Part shown: positions 52,752-62,261 of the stretch, piece by piece | Numbering within the stretch: the first letter of the stretch is position 1 | How the letters are laid out: the number at the start of each line of letters is the position of its first letter | NCBI GenBank assembly: GCA_965220805.1 | Contig: OZ244844.1 | Coordinates: 2,699,753 to 2,763,752, forward strand | Length of the DNA: 64,000 bases | Origin: Alphaproteobacteria bacterium | Lineage (GTDB): Bacteria; Pseudomonadota; Alphaproteobacteria; SP197 | Direction of reading: 5' to 3' | Notes under the pieces: generated by a model | Databases searched by the model: none | What the model saw: the letters and a program-made list of their open reading frames with translations, nothing else | What the model was told of the DNA's origin: nothing | Made by a program: the position numbers and the translations under genes

Positions 52752-53426
52752 TCAGGGATCGCCGGGCACCCCGTAGCTTGGCGTGTTCCCGGGATCGAGC
52801 GCCCGGTTGACGTAGTCGTCCATTTGCGGGCCGAAGACGTCCCACACGCGCCTGAGTTCGGCGATGGGCTCGTCGTGCCAGTCGACCCTGAGATCGCACA
52901 CCGGCCAATCGTGGCGGTGGCAGACCTTGATCCCCACCGAGCGCACCGGGCCCATTTCACCTCCGGCTTCCAGCCCTGCCTCGAGACCGGCGAGCAGGCG
53001 TTCCACGAAGGGGGCGCCGTCGGTGGTCTCGAAGGCACGCACCATGGCGGCGGGAACGCCCGTGTTGGCGAGCAGGTTGCCGGCGGCAATGGCGTCCTTG
53101 CCCTCGGCGACCGCATGGGTTCCCAGGGTGCCCGAGCCCGAGTGATGGGCGGTGTGCCCCAGGGCGTCAATGATGGCGAGCTGGCGGTACTCCGGCCAGG
53201 CCTTCGCCTCGACGAGGATCGTCATGGCGCGTGCCGCGCCGTATCCCCGGGCCAGAAGATCGAGGCCCATGAGGCCCAGGCCCGGATCGGTGATGTTCTG
53301 GCTGGCGACGGCTCCGACATGGCCGCGCACCCAGGCGCAGCGGGCGGCAACGGCCGGACTGGACGAGGTGACCACCACCCCGAACATGCCGGTCTTCCGG
53401 CAGCGGGCGGTCAGGGAAAACGTCAT
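52752..53426 (-). CDS. DUF1028 (Ntn-hydrolase-like) protein, HinH-like
   Basis: MTFSL N-terminus, GAVASQNITDP, AAGNLL, DLRVD, PSYGVPGD. Confidence 0.88.
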   Translation of the reverse strand: MTFSLTARCRKTGMFGVVVTSSSPAVAARCAWVRGHVGAVASQNITDPGLGLMGLDLLARGYGAARAMTILVEAKAWPEYRQLAIIDALGHTAHHSGSGTLGTHAVAEGKDAIAAGNLLANTGVPAAMVRAFETTDGAPFVERLLAGLEAGLEAGGEMGPVRSVGIKVCHRHDWPVCDLRVDWHDEPIAELRRVWDVFGPQMDDYVNRALDPGNTPSYGVPGDP

Positions 53427-53839
53427 GGCCCGTCTTCCGGGATGACCGCGTCGACATCGATTTCCATCAGCATTTCAGGTCTGGCCAGGGCCTGCACGAC
53501 AAGGCCGGTCGACACCGGATAGACGCCCTTGAGCCAGCGCCCGATGACATTGTAGACCGGTTCCCGGTGACGCGGATCCGTCAGGTAGATGGTGATCTTG
53601 CAGATGTGGTCGAGTTGACTGCCGGCCTCCTCGAGCAGGCGCTTGACGCAGGACATCGCCATCTCGGCCTGGGCGGCCGGATCGCCTGTGCCATGGAAAC
53701 TGCCATCGAGATCAAAGCCGGTCTGCCCTCGCATGAAGACGTGGTTGCCGGCTCTCACGACCATGCAAAGGTCGTTGTCGAGCGTCTGCTCCGGGTACAT
53801 GTCCCGGGTGTTGAAGGTTCTGAAACGCTGGTGTGCCAT
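53423..53839 (-). CDS. RidA-superfamily protein, HinL-like
   Basis: H.RFRTFNT...YPEQ.LDNDLC, PVSTGLVV.ALARPE...EID. Confidence 0.88.
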   Translation of the reverse strand: MAHQRFRTFNTRDMYPEQTLDNDLCMVVRAGNHVFMRGQTGFDLDGSFHGTGDPAAQAEMAMSCVKRLLEEAGSQLDHICKITIYLTDPRHREPVYNVIGRWLKGVYPVSTGLVVQALARPEMLMEIDVDAVIPEDGP

Positions 53840-53869
53840 AAAGCCTCCTGGTGCTTGGGCCGCTTCGCC

Positions 53870-55318
53870 TTATCGTGACATGACCCTGTCGGAAAGTCCG
53901 GCCGCAGATTTCACAAACTCCAGCGGTCCGTCGAAGTCAAAGTTCCGGTAGACCGCGGCCAGGTGGGCAAAGGGCGGCGACTGGGCAAAGAGCTGGAATG
54001 TCACCTTGTGACCGGCGTAGTCCGAGTTGACCAGGTCGCGTCCGAAGGCGAGCAGGCGTCGCCGGTCCTCGGCCTGCCAGTTGTCGTTCACGTTGTAGTA
54101 CTTGTCCATCCATGCCCTGGTTTCCGGCGCAGTGAAAGCCGGGCTGTCGGGCGTGACACAGATCTGTCCGCCACACAGTTCGCGGGTGAGATGCATCATG
54201 GCCGGCAGCTGCGTGCAGGCCAGCACACGGCCGGTGAAGAGCAGCGATGGATTGGGCATCAGATAGCCGGCCGGGCTGCGCCGCGCTTCGGCGATCGCTG
54301 CCGTCAGGTGGGCATTGATCCCCTCGCGATAGCAGGCGAGCTGGGAGAGTTTCTCCATCACGGCCTGCTGGCGATCGAGGCCCGTCTGCCTGACGTTGAA
54401 GAGGGCGGTGCCGATCATCAGGTCCGCCATGTGCAGGATGCGCAGCACGAACATGTAGGCGCTGTAGCGGTGCAGGGCGGCACGGATGTAGACCGCCGCC
54501 TGCGTGTGGCGGTAGAACAGGATGTTCTCCCAGGGCACCAGGACATTGTCGAAGATGAGCAGGGTGTCGACCTCGTCGAAGCCGTTGGACAGCGGATAGT
54601 CGGCAACCGGCTTGACGCCGGCGAAACCGCTGCGGCAGATGTGCTTGAGGTTGGGCGCGTTCATCGGACAGATGAAGCCAAGCGCGTAGTCCGAGAGTTT
54701 CGCGTCGCCCCAGTTGGCAATGGTCGGCTTGACGAAGGCTTGGTGGGCGTAGGCCGCCGCCGTCTCGTACTTGGCGCCCCTGACGATGATGCCGGAGTCG
54801 GTCTCCTTCACCACGTGGAGCAGCATGTCGGGATCCTGGTCCTGCGGCGCCTTGGAGCGGTCTCCCTTGGGATCCGTGTTGGCCGAGACGTGGAAGATGT
54901 CGTTGCCGAGAACATTGGCGATATGGCGGTCGATGTTCTCGGCCCAGGAACTGTCGACCTGGTTGAGGACATCCTTGCCGTCGGCAAGGGACCACAGTTC
55001 ACCGACAGTCTCGTCACCAATGCGGGTCACGACACCGCCGATCTCCTTCATCACCAGGTTGATCCAGTCGCGCTTGGTCTGCCAGTCCTCGCGGGTAAAG
55101 GGGGGCTGCCAGGCGGTGGCGAAAATCTCGCCATTCTCCTCGAAGGTGAGGGTGTCCCTGAACCGCTCTTCGTGGGCCATGTCGTAGACCCGGGCTCGGA
55201 CGTCGACGATAGGCCGGAAGGCCGGGTGGTCGGGAATACTGTCCACCCGTTCGCCCGAGATGTAGACCTCGCGGCCATCACGCAGTGAGTCGCGGTATTC
55301 GCTGCCGGTCATCAGCAT
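53870..55318 (-). CDS. HpaB/PvcC-family two-component flavin monooxygenase, oxygenase subunit
   Basis: TGSEYRDSLRDGREVY, TDPKGDRS, GIIVRGAK, FDEVD..LIFDNVLVPWE. Confidence 0.9.
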   Translation of the reverse strand: MLMTGSEYRDSLRDGREVYISGERVDSIPDHPAFRPIVDVRARVYDMAHEERFRDTLTFEENGEIFATAWQPPFTREDWQTKRDWINLVMKEIGGVVTRIGDETVGELWSLADGKDVLNQVDSSWAENIDRHIANVLGNDIFHVSANTDPKGDRSKAPQDQDPDMLLHVVKETDSGIIVRGAKYETAAAYAHQAFVKPTIANWGDAKLSDYALGFICPMNAPNLKHICRSGFAGVKPVADYPLSNGFDEVDTLLIFDNVLVPWENILFYRHTQAAVYIRAALHRYSAYMFVLRILHMADLMIGTALFNVRQTGLDRQQAVMEKLSQLACYREGINAHLTAAIAEARRSPAGYLMPNPSLLFTGRVLACTQLPAMMHLTRELCGGQICVTPDSPAFTAPETRAWMDKYYNVNDNWQAEDRRRLLAFGRDLVNSDYAGHKVTFQLFAQSPPFAHLAAVYRNFDFDGPLEFVKSAAGLSDRVMSR

Positions 55319-55403
55319 CTGTCATGTCCTTCCCTTGCTCAGGCGAGGAGAGAGGTTGACAGGATCACGGGTTCCAGCAAATCATTTTCTGTCGACGCGT
55401 TGC

Positions 55404-55418
55404 ATAGAAAAAATTGAT
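55404..55418. promoter_or_regulatory. Putative LysR T-N11-A box
   Basis: ATAG-N7-TGAT in the AT-rich divergent region, overlapping the LysR TTG start. Confidence 0.45.
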
Positions 55419-56337
55419 ACGCTACACGCTGAAACAGCTGCGCTACTTCACCGCCGCCGCCGAAGCCGGGAGCGTTTCGGGGGGCGCCGAGCGTTGCGCG
55501 GTCTCCCAGCCCTCGGTATCTGCCGCGGTCGCCCACCTCGAGGACGTGCTCGGTGTCCAGCTCTTTGTCAGGCAGCACGCCCGGGGTCTTGCGCTCACGC
55601 CGGCCGGCCGGCGCCTGCATGCGGCGGCCCAGGCCCTTCTCCTCCAGGCAGGCGAACTCACCGAGGAGGCCAGCGGTCTCGCCGGGGGCCTCTCCGGTGA
55701 TCTCGATGTCGGCTGTTTCGTGACGTTCGCTCCCATCGTGCTGCCGGGACTCCTGCGCGTCCTGGCGGCGAGACAACCGCTGATCCGCGTCAGACCCCAC
55801 GAGGACGACCTGCGGGCACTGCAGCACGGCCTCCGGAACGGCCGGTTCGAGGTGGCGCTCACCTACGATCTCAACCTGGAGAAGGACATCGCCTTCGAGC
55901 CCGTGGTCCCGGTGCCGCTCTATGCCGCCTTGCCGGCGGATCACCGATTGGCGTCGTCGGATGCGCTCGATCTTCGCGACCTGGAGGGCGAACCCCTGGT
56001 TCTCCTCGGTCTGCCCGACAGCCGCGGGCACTTTCTTTCGCTCTTTGCCGAATCCGGGTTCGAACCCGACATCGCCTACGAGACGCGGTCCTTCGAGATG
56101 GTGCGGGGCCTCGTCGCCAACGGCTACGGGTATGGGCTTCTCCATACCAGGGCGCCGCATGACCGGACCCTGGACGGCTCCAGTCTTGTCTGCGTGCCGG
56201 TGAGCGAGCCCCGCCGCACGATGCACATGGGCCTGGCAAGACTGAAACACGCCCGGTCCACAGGCATGAGTCGTGCCTTTGGCGATATCTGCCACGCCCA
56301 CCTCGCCGGTCTCCTCGACAACGGGGTGCCGCCGTGA
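55414..56337 (+). CDS. LysR regulator, HinK-like
   Basis: YTLKQLRYF, SQPSVS, VGCF.T.AP, EMVRGLV, RT.DG. Confidence 0.9.
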   Translation: MIRYTLKQLRYFTAAAEAGSVSGGAERCAVSQPSVSAAVAHLEDVLGVQLFVRQHARGLALTPAGRRLHAAAQALLLQAGELTEEASGLAGGLSGDLDVGCFVTFAPIVLPGLLRVLAARQPLIRVRPHEDDLRALQHGLRNGRFEVALTYDLNLEKDIAFEPVVPVPLYAALPADHRLASSDALDLRDLEGEPLVLLGLPDSRGHFLSLFAESGFEPDIAYETRSFEMVRGLVANGYGYGLLHTRAPHDRTLDGSSLVCVPVSEPRRTMHMGLARLKHARSTGMSRAFGDICHAHLAGLLDNGVPP

Positions 56338-56345
56338 CTCCGGCC

Positions 56346-57158
56346 TCAGGCGTCGAAGAAAGCCCTCGCTGAGTCGGCGGCGTCGACGTCGGTCAGTCCG
56401 AAATGGAAGGACGGTCCGGCTCCGCCATCGACGACGATGTCGGAGCCGTTGATCCAGGCAGCGTCCGCGGAAAGGGCGAAGGCGATCACTCTGGCGACGT
56501 CTTCCGGTTCGGCATTGCGTCCTCCCGATTGAGCCTTCAGGCGATCGAGGAGATCGGCTCCCATCGTGTCGTAGAAGTGCTTGAGGAGTGGCGTTTCGAC
56601 GGCCCCTGGACTGACGGAAAGCGAACGCACGCCGTGGGGGCGCGCCAGCATCGATCCTGCCATGGCATAGACGATCACGACTTCCTTGGAAAAATCATAA
56701 GCCTCCGGACCGCTCATCGGGTGTTCGCGAACCCAGGCCAAGCCTGCGGCATAGGTGCGTTGACGAAGCAGCTCGCGGATGAGATCGAGACGCTCCCGCC
56801 ACGCGTGGCCGGCGTCCGAAGCCACCTGGACGACTGCGCTCGCCGGTTGCAGTCGTTCCAGGAGTGATTCGGTGACATGGCGCAGACCCAGGACATTGAC
56901 CCGCATCACCGCCTCGCCGTCGTGGCTCCCCGGCAGCCCGGCAACATTGATGAGGCCATGCAGGGGCTCATCGATCGCCGCCAGCGCCGCATCGATGGAA
57001 TCGGGATCGGTGAGATCGAAGCGATGGAACTCATCGACGTTCGCACCGTCGCCATTGGCGTCGAGTCCGATGACCCGGGCGCCTCGTTCGCGCAACAGAG
57101 TGGCCGTCGCCTTGCCGATCCCGGAATTGGATCCGGTCACCACGATGGTCCGCGTCAT
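56346..57158 (-). CDS. SDR, coniferyl-alcohol / 3-alpha-hydroxysteroid dehydrogenase-like
   Basis: TGSNSGIG, NVAGLPG, YDFSKE, INGSDIVVDGG. Confidence 0.8.
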   Translation of the reverse strand: MTRTIVVTGSNSGIGKATATLLRERGARVIGLDANGDGANVDEFHRFDLTDPDSIDAALAAIDEPLHGLINVAGLPGSHDGEAVMRVNVLGLRHVTESLLERLQPASAVVQVASDAGHAWRERLDLIRELLRQRTYAAGLAWVREHPMSGPEAYDFSKEVVIVYAMAGSMLARPHGVRSLSVSPGAVETPLLKHFYDTMGADLLDRLKAQSGGRNAEPEDVARVIAFALSADAAWINGSDIVVDGGAGPSFHFGLTDVDAADSARAFFDA

Positions 57159-58384
57159 GCGTTCATCCGAACCGGCGTGTAGTGACAGGGAAGGTGGCGC
57201 ATGCCGTTGATGAAGAGACCGTTGATCTCCTGCATGCCGTCAAGATCCACCTCGAGGTCGGGAAGTGTCTCGAAGAGAACCTTGAAAAGGTGATACATCT
57301 CGCGCCGTGCGAGGTGAATGCCCAGGCAGTGGTGAACGCCGCCGCCGCCGAAGCCGACGTGATCGTTGGGTGATCGCCTGATGTCGAAGCGCTGGGGGTC
57401 ATCGAACACGGCCTCATCGCGGTTGGCCGAGACATACCAGAACACCACCTGTTCACCGGCGGCCACGCGCTGGCCGAGAATCTCGGTGTCGCGGGCTACC
57501 GTTCGGCCGAAGTGCACCACGGGCGTTGCGTACCGGACGATCTCCTCCATCGCCGTCGCCGCCAGTCCGTCGTAGTCCTCGCGCCATGAACGCCACTGGT
57601 CCGGATGCCGGGCGAGAAGACCCAGCCCCTGGCCCAGGGAACTCGTGGTGGTGTCGATTCCGGCGGTAATGAGAAGCTGGAAATAGATGCCGATGTCGTA
57701 GTCGGGGAGTTTCTTCCCGTCGACTTCGGCGGCGATCATCATCGAGACCAGGTCATCGCCTGGCGCCTTGCGCCGGGCGCGGCAGGTCTCTTCGCCATAG
57801 GCGTTGAGAGCGTAGAAGGCGGCCGTCGATTCCTCTTCGTCGGCGCCCAGTTCATCGCCGTACCCCTGGGCCACGATGCTGAGGCGGGCCAGTTCGTCGC
57901 GGTCGCTGCCCTGCGGGACGCCAAGCATGTCGCAGATCACCTTGGTGGGCATGCGGCTGGCGATGTCGCTGGCGAAATCACAACAGCCGCGCTCGCTGAT
58001 CTCTCCGATCACGGTGCGAGCCGAGCCGGCGATGTCTTCCTCGAGGTCTCGCAGCATGCGTGGCGTGAAGACCTTGGCCAGGATGCCTCTCAGACGAGGA
58101 TGAACGGGGGCGTCCCGGTTGACCATGCCGGCGATGTCATAGGCAATGTCGGGGCCGTCAATGGTCGTCATGCCGGTCCCGTAATGGGACAGGAAGAGCT
58201 TGGCGTTCCGGGTGATGTCGCGTGTCTCGCGGTGTCTTGTGAGCGACCAGTATGTCGTGTCGCTGTCCGGCACCGATTGCAGCGCGATCGGTCGTTCGCG
58301 GCGGAAGCGGGCAAGGATGTCGTGCTTGTCGGGCCGTCTCCAGAATGTCGGTTCAGCGAGACAGATCTCGTCTAGGCTTTCCAT
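57155..58384 (-). CDS. Cytochrome P450 (CYP124/125/126-like)
   Basis: AGIDTT, EEIVR, SANRDE, FGGGGVHHCLG heme motif. Confidence 0.92.
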   Translation of the reverse strand: MESLDEICLAEPTFWRRPDKHDILARFRRERPIALQSVPDSDTTYWSLTRHRETRDITRNAKLFLSHYGTGMTTIDGPDIAYDIAGMVNRDAPVHPRLRGILAKVFTPRMLRDLEEDIAGSARTVIGEISERGCCDFASDIASRMPTKVICDMLGVPQGSDRDELARLSIVAQGYGDELGADEEESTAAFYALNAYGEETCRARRKAPGDDLVSMMIAAEVDGKKLPDYDIGIYFQLLITAGIDTTTSSLGQGLGLLARHPDQWRSWREDYDGLAATAMEEIVRYATPVVHFGRTVARDTEILGQRVAAGEQVVFWYVSANRDEAVFDDPQRFDIRRSPNDHVGFGGGGVHHCLGIHLARREMYHLFKVLFETLPDLEVDLDGMQEINGLFINGMRHLPCHYTPVRMNA

Positions 58385-58476
58385 GGTCCCATTATTGGCG
58401 ACGGACGCTGCGATGCAACGACATATCCATTGTCTGCCGTCGAGCAAGGTGCGAGTGCCGGCGCCCGCGAACCGGT

Positions 58477-59205
58477 TCACACGAGATGCTGTCCGCCGGT
58501 CACCATGATCTCGGTGCCGGTGATGAAGGCGGCATCGGCGGTACACAGATAGACGATCGTGCCGGCCACTTCATCGGCGGTTCCCATACGTCCCAGGGGA
58601 ATTCGCGGCACCAGGTCCTGGTAGTCCTCCGACACCATCGCCGTTTCGATCTCGCCGGGAGACACGGCGTTCACCCGGACATCGAGATGGGCGAATTCCA
58701 CGGCCATTTCCCGGGTCAGCGCCGACAGCGCCGCCTTGGAACACGAGTAGGCGCTGCCCGCGAACGGGTGAATGCGATGACCGGCGATCGACGTGACGTT
58801 GACGACGGTACCCTTGCCCCGGTGCAGAGCCGCGGCGAACCCCCGGGCAAGGATGAGTGGGGCGAAGAAGTTGAGGTCGAAGACTTCGCGCCAGTGGTCG
58901 AGGCTGCCGTTGAGGGTGCCGAGGCGTTCGGCAAAGCTGGTCTTCGGAGAGACCCCCGCATTGTTGATGAGAGCGTGAACCGGCCCGTCCCCGATGATGT
59001 CGCTGGCGCGGGTGATGAAGGATTCGAGACTCTTCTCATCCGAGAGATCGGCCGGAAAGTGGTGATGTGGCGAATCCGCCACACGCCGGTCTTCAGGAAT
59101 GTCATCGCGCGAGCAACTCAGGACGCGCCAGCCTTCCTCGTAGAACCGGATGACCGTCCGATGCCCGATGCCGCGGCTGGCCCCGGTGACGATCACGGTC
59201 TTCAC
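58477..59205 (-). CDS. FixR-like SDR oxidoreductase
   Basis: TGASRGIGH, NNAGVSPK, TSIAG.RIHPFAGSAY..SK, PGEIET, GGQH. Confidence 0.85.
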   Translation of the reverse strand: MKTVIVTGASRGIGHRTVIRFYEEGWRVLSCSRDDIPEDRRVADSPHHHFPADLSDEKSLESFITRASDIIGDGPVHALINNAGVSPKTSFAERLGTLNGSLDHWREVFDLNFFAPLILARGFAAALHRGKGTVVNVTSIAGHRIHPFAGSAYSCSKAALSALTREMAVEFAHLDVRVNAVSPGEIETAMVSEDYQDLVPRIPLGRMGTADEVAGTIVYLCTADAAFITGTEIMVTGGQHLV

Positions 59206-59214
59206 GACACGGCC

Positions 59215-60078
59215 TCAGTGTGTGAACAGCACCGGCAGATCTGCATGATTGAGAATGAACCGCGTTGCGCCGCCGAGTATGAGTTGCCTCAGTTTGCCCT
59301 GGCTGAAGGCGCCCATGACCACGAATCTGGCGTCCTCGCTGCGGGCGATGTCGAGCAGGGTGTGGCCGATGTTGGTCCAGTTCGTCGGCAGGTTGTGGAC
59401 ATGGCACCTGATGTCGTGGTGAGCGAGGTACTCTGTCAGGGCGTCAGGGCCCGGGCCCCGCATGGAGCTTTCCTCGGGCGCCATGATGGTGACTTCCTCG
59501 GCCTCGGTGAGCAGCGGCATGGCCCTGTGCACCGCGCGCGCGGCCTCCGCACTGCCATTCCATGCAATGGCCGCATTGCCCTTGAGGTCGCTGACATGGC
59601 CAGGCGGCACCAGGAGCAGGCCGCTTCCCGACTCCATGAGCACGGACTCGGCGACCACCTCTTCCTTGGCATCACCATGGGATGTCGGGCGGGGAGCGAT
59701 CACCAGGTCCGACAGCCGTCCCCGTTCCGCGATGACCTCGTCCTCGCGCCCTTCCTGCTGAACGAACGTTATGGAAAGCCCATGCCGGGGGGCCCGCGCG
59801 GACATCGCGATACCGTGCCTCTTCGCGAGGTCCTTCAGAGCTGCCGAAGCGAAGTCGGCCCTCTGCTCGATGTCCTGTTCGGCGGTCGAGACGATTTCCT
59901 CGATAACAGCGCCGGTCATGCCTTCGGTCATGAAGGCGACCGCATCACGCGGATTGCGTCGAACGTTGACGACCTCGACGTGGGCATCGAATCGCCCGGC
60001 CACAAGGAGTGCCGTCTCGACGGCGCCAAGGCCGTCCTCGGTGCCAGTCGCCGCAACCAGGATCTTCGATATCGACAT
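59215..60078 (-). CDS. Universal stress protein (tandem Usp)
   Basis: IAWNGSAEAARA, VMGAFSQ..LRQLILGGAT, PVLFTH. Confidence 0.92.
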   Translation of the reverse strand: MSISKILVAATGTEDGLGAVETALLVAGRFDAHVEVVNVRRNPRDAVAFMTEGMTGAVIEEIVSTAEQDIEQRADFASAALKDLAKRHGIAMSARAPRHGLSITFVQQEGREDEVIAERGRLSDLVIAPRPTSHGDAKEEVVAESVLMESGSGLLLVPPGHVSDLKGNAAIAWNGSAEAARAVHRAMPLLTEAEEVTIMAPEESSMRGPGPDALTEYLAHHDIRCHVHNLPTNWTNIGHTLLDIARSEDARFVVMGAFSQGKLRQLILGGATRFILNHADLPVLFTH

Positions 60079-60146
60079 GATGTCCCTCCGGATCCTCCCC
60101 GTGCCAGTGTAGAGCGGAAGGGCCCAACCTTCCACGCCGCAACCGG

Positions 60147-60737
60147 TCAGGGAAAGAGCCGCGCCACCTGCCAGTCGTCGTCATCGGCGGTCCGCGTGTA
60201 CTGGGTGCGCTCGTGCAGGCGGAAGGGCTTGGCCTGCCAGAACTCGATGAGCAGGGGCACGACGCGAAACCCTGACCAGTGGGCCGGGCGGGGAATGTGA
60301 CCGACATGGAACCTCACCGCCATGCGCGCGACGTTCTTCTCCAGATCACGCACGCCTTTCATGGGGCGCGACTGGTCGCTGGCCCAGGCGCCGATCTGGC
60401 TGTCTCTCGGCCTGCTGGCGAAGTAGGCATCCGCTTCCTCGTTGCTCACCATCTCGACCTTGCCCTGGATCCTGACCTGGCGCTCGAGGGGCATCCAGTG
60501 AAAGCACAGCGCCGCCTTCGGGTTGGCCACAAGTTCGCCACCCTTGCGGCTTTCCAGGTTGGTATAGAAGACAAACCCGTCCGGTCCGTGGCTCTTCAGC
60601 AGCACCATGCGCACGGAGGGCTGACCGGCGGCATCGGCGGTCGCCAGCGCCATGGCGGCGGGCTCCCGCAGGCCGCATTGACGGGCCGCGTCATACCAGC
60701 GCGCGAAGATCGAGAAGGGGCATTCGGTGTCGTTCAT
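60147..60737 (-). CDS. pdxH: Pyridoxamine 5'-phosphate oxidase
   Basis: RMVLLK, FYTNLESRKG, GAWASDQS, WSGFR, EFWQ...RLHER. Confidence 0.97.
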   Translation of the reverse strand: MNDTECPFSIFARWYDAARQCGLREPAAMALATADAAGQPSVRMVLLKSHGPDGFVFYTNLESRKGGELVANPKAALCFHWMPLERQVRIQGKVEMVSNEEADAYFASRPRDSQIGAWASDQSRPMKGVRDLEKNVARMAVRFHVGHIPRPAHWSGFRVVPLLIEFWQAKPFRLHERTQYTRTADDDDWQVARLFP

Positions 60738-60858
60738 GATCCAGAGAATTGCTGTTTGCTCTTCACCTTGGGCGACAAATCACCCAAGATGGTCCGGTAT
60801 CCGTCGCGGGATGGCAACCGATGTCCCGTTTGGTTCAATCATCACCAGGAAAGATGAC

Positions 60859-61335
60859 ATGATTGCAGTCAGGATCGCGGTGATCTTGCTCGCCGCAACT
60901 CTCGCCCTGTCGGCGTGTTCCCGGACGGCGGGAGACAAGCAGACCGCCGGAACAATTCTTGGAGGAATTGGCGGAGCGGTGCTCGGCTCCGAGGTGGGTG
61001 GCGGCAGCGGCCGGATCATCGCAACGGCGGTGGGTGGTGTCATCGGTGCCTGGCTCGGCTCCGAGATCGGCGCATCGCTCGACAGGGCCGATCAGGCCTA
61101 TGCGGCACAGGCCCAGCAGCAGGCGCACGAAGCGCCCGTCGGCAGCCGGGTGACATGGAACAACCCGGAGTCGGGCAATCACGGCACTGTCACAGCGCAG
61201 CGCGACGGCCAGGATCAGAACGGCAACTACTGCAGGGAGTACCAGACCACTGTGACCATCGGCGGCGAAACGCATCAGGCCTATGGCACGGCCTGCCGCC
61301 AGCCGGACGGCACATGGGTCATCGTGGAAACCTGA
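60859..61335 (+). CDS. Glycine-zipper surface lipoprotein (17-kDa antigen / RT0821-Lpp0805-like)
   Basis: LALSAC lipobox, glycine zipper, WNNPESG, CREY, GTACRQPDGTW. Confidence 0.9.
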   Translation: MIAVRIAVILLAATLALSACSRTAGDKQTAGTILGGIGGAVLGSEVGGGSGRIIATAVGGVIGAWLGSEIGASLDRADQAYAAQAQQQAHEAPVGSRVTWNNPESGNHGTVTAQRDGQDQNGNYCREYQTTVTIGGETHQAYGTACRQPDGTWVIVET

Positions 61336-61442
61336 ACGGTCCTGCCTGGCCCCCACGCATCCTCCAGGACCATGAGTTCGTGGCCGGGGCACCGGGTAAT
61401 GTGTAGGATCGCTGTCCTGTCGTCACAGAGCCCGAGCATGCC

Positions 61443-62258
61443 ATGACCAACGTCGGTCCGCTCCTCGCCGGAAAGCGTGGCCTCATCATGGGTGTGGCCA
61501 ATGACCGGTCGATCGCCTGGGGGATCTCCCGTGCCCTCGCATCCGCCGGCGCGGAAATCGGATTCACCTATCAGGGCGACCTCTTTGCCAAACGCGTCAA
61601 GCCCCTGGCGGAGGCGGTCGGCGCAACCCTTGTCATCGACTGCGACGTCACGGACGATGCCAGCGTCGACAGTGCCTTCGAGAGCATTGCCTCAACCTGG
61701 GGCTCCATGGACTTTCTGGTGCACGCCATCGCCTTCTCGGATCGCGAACAGCTCAAGGGGCGGTATGCGGACACGACGCGCGACAACTTCCTGCATACGA
61801 TGGACGTGTCCTGCTACAGTTTCACCTCCGTTGCCCGGCGCAGCGCCGATCTGATGCCCCATGGCGGCAGCCTCGTGACGCTCAGCTACTATGGCGCCGA
61901 GCGCTGGATGCCCCACTACAATGTCATGGGTGTCGCCAAGGCGGCCCTCGAATCAAGTGTGCGCTACCTTGCTGCCGACTTCGGCGAACAGGCCGTGCGT
62001 GTGAATGCCATTTCCGCCGGACCCATCAAGACTCTCGCCGCTTCCGGAATCGGAGATTTCCACTACATTCTCAAGTGGAACGAACTCAATGCGCCGCTCG
62101 GCCGGAACATCAGCATCGACGAGGTCGGGCAGGCCGCTCTCTATCTCGTCAGCGATCTTTCCACGGCGGTCACCGGCGAAATTCATCATGTCGACTGCGG
62201 CTACCACGTCGTCGGCATGAAGAACCCGAAGGCGCCGGACATTTCCGTCGTTCGCTGA
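61443..62258 (+). CDS. fabI: Enoyl-ACP reductase FabI
   Basis: GVANDRSIAWGI, YNVMGVAK, AGPIKTLA. Confidence 0.97.
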   Translation: MTNVGPLLAGKRGLIMGVANDRSIAWGISRALASAGAEIGFTYQGDLFAKRVKPLAEAVGATLVIDCDVTDDASVDSAFESIASTWGSMDFLVHAIAFSDREQLKGRYADTTRDNFLHTMDVSCYSFTSVARRSADLMPHGGSLVTLSYYGAERWMPHYNVMGVAKAALESSVRYLAADFGEQAVRVNAISAGPIKTLAASGIGDFHYILKWNELNAPLGRNISIDEVGQAALYLVSDLSTAVTGEIHHVDCGYHVVGMKNPKAPDISVVR

Positions 62259-62261
62259 ACC

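Noticed and set aside
53870-55318. Paerucumarin/pyoverdine chromophore biosynthesis (pvcC)
   Set aside because: No pvcA/pvcB/pvcD in the window; the neighbors look catabolic.
58252-60300. 682-aa plus-strand ORF
   Set aside because: Antisense to the FixR-like SDR, Usp and pdxH.
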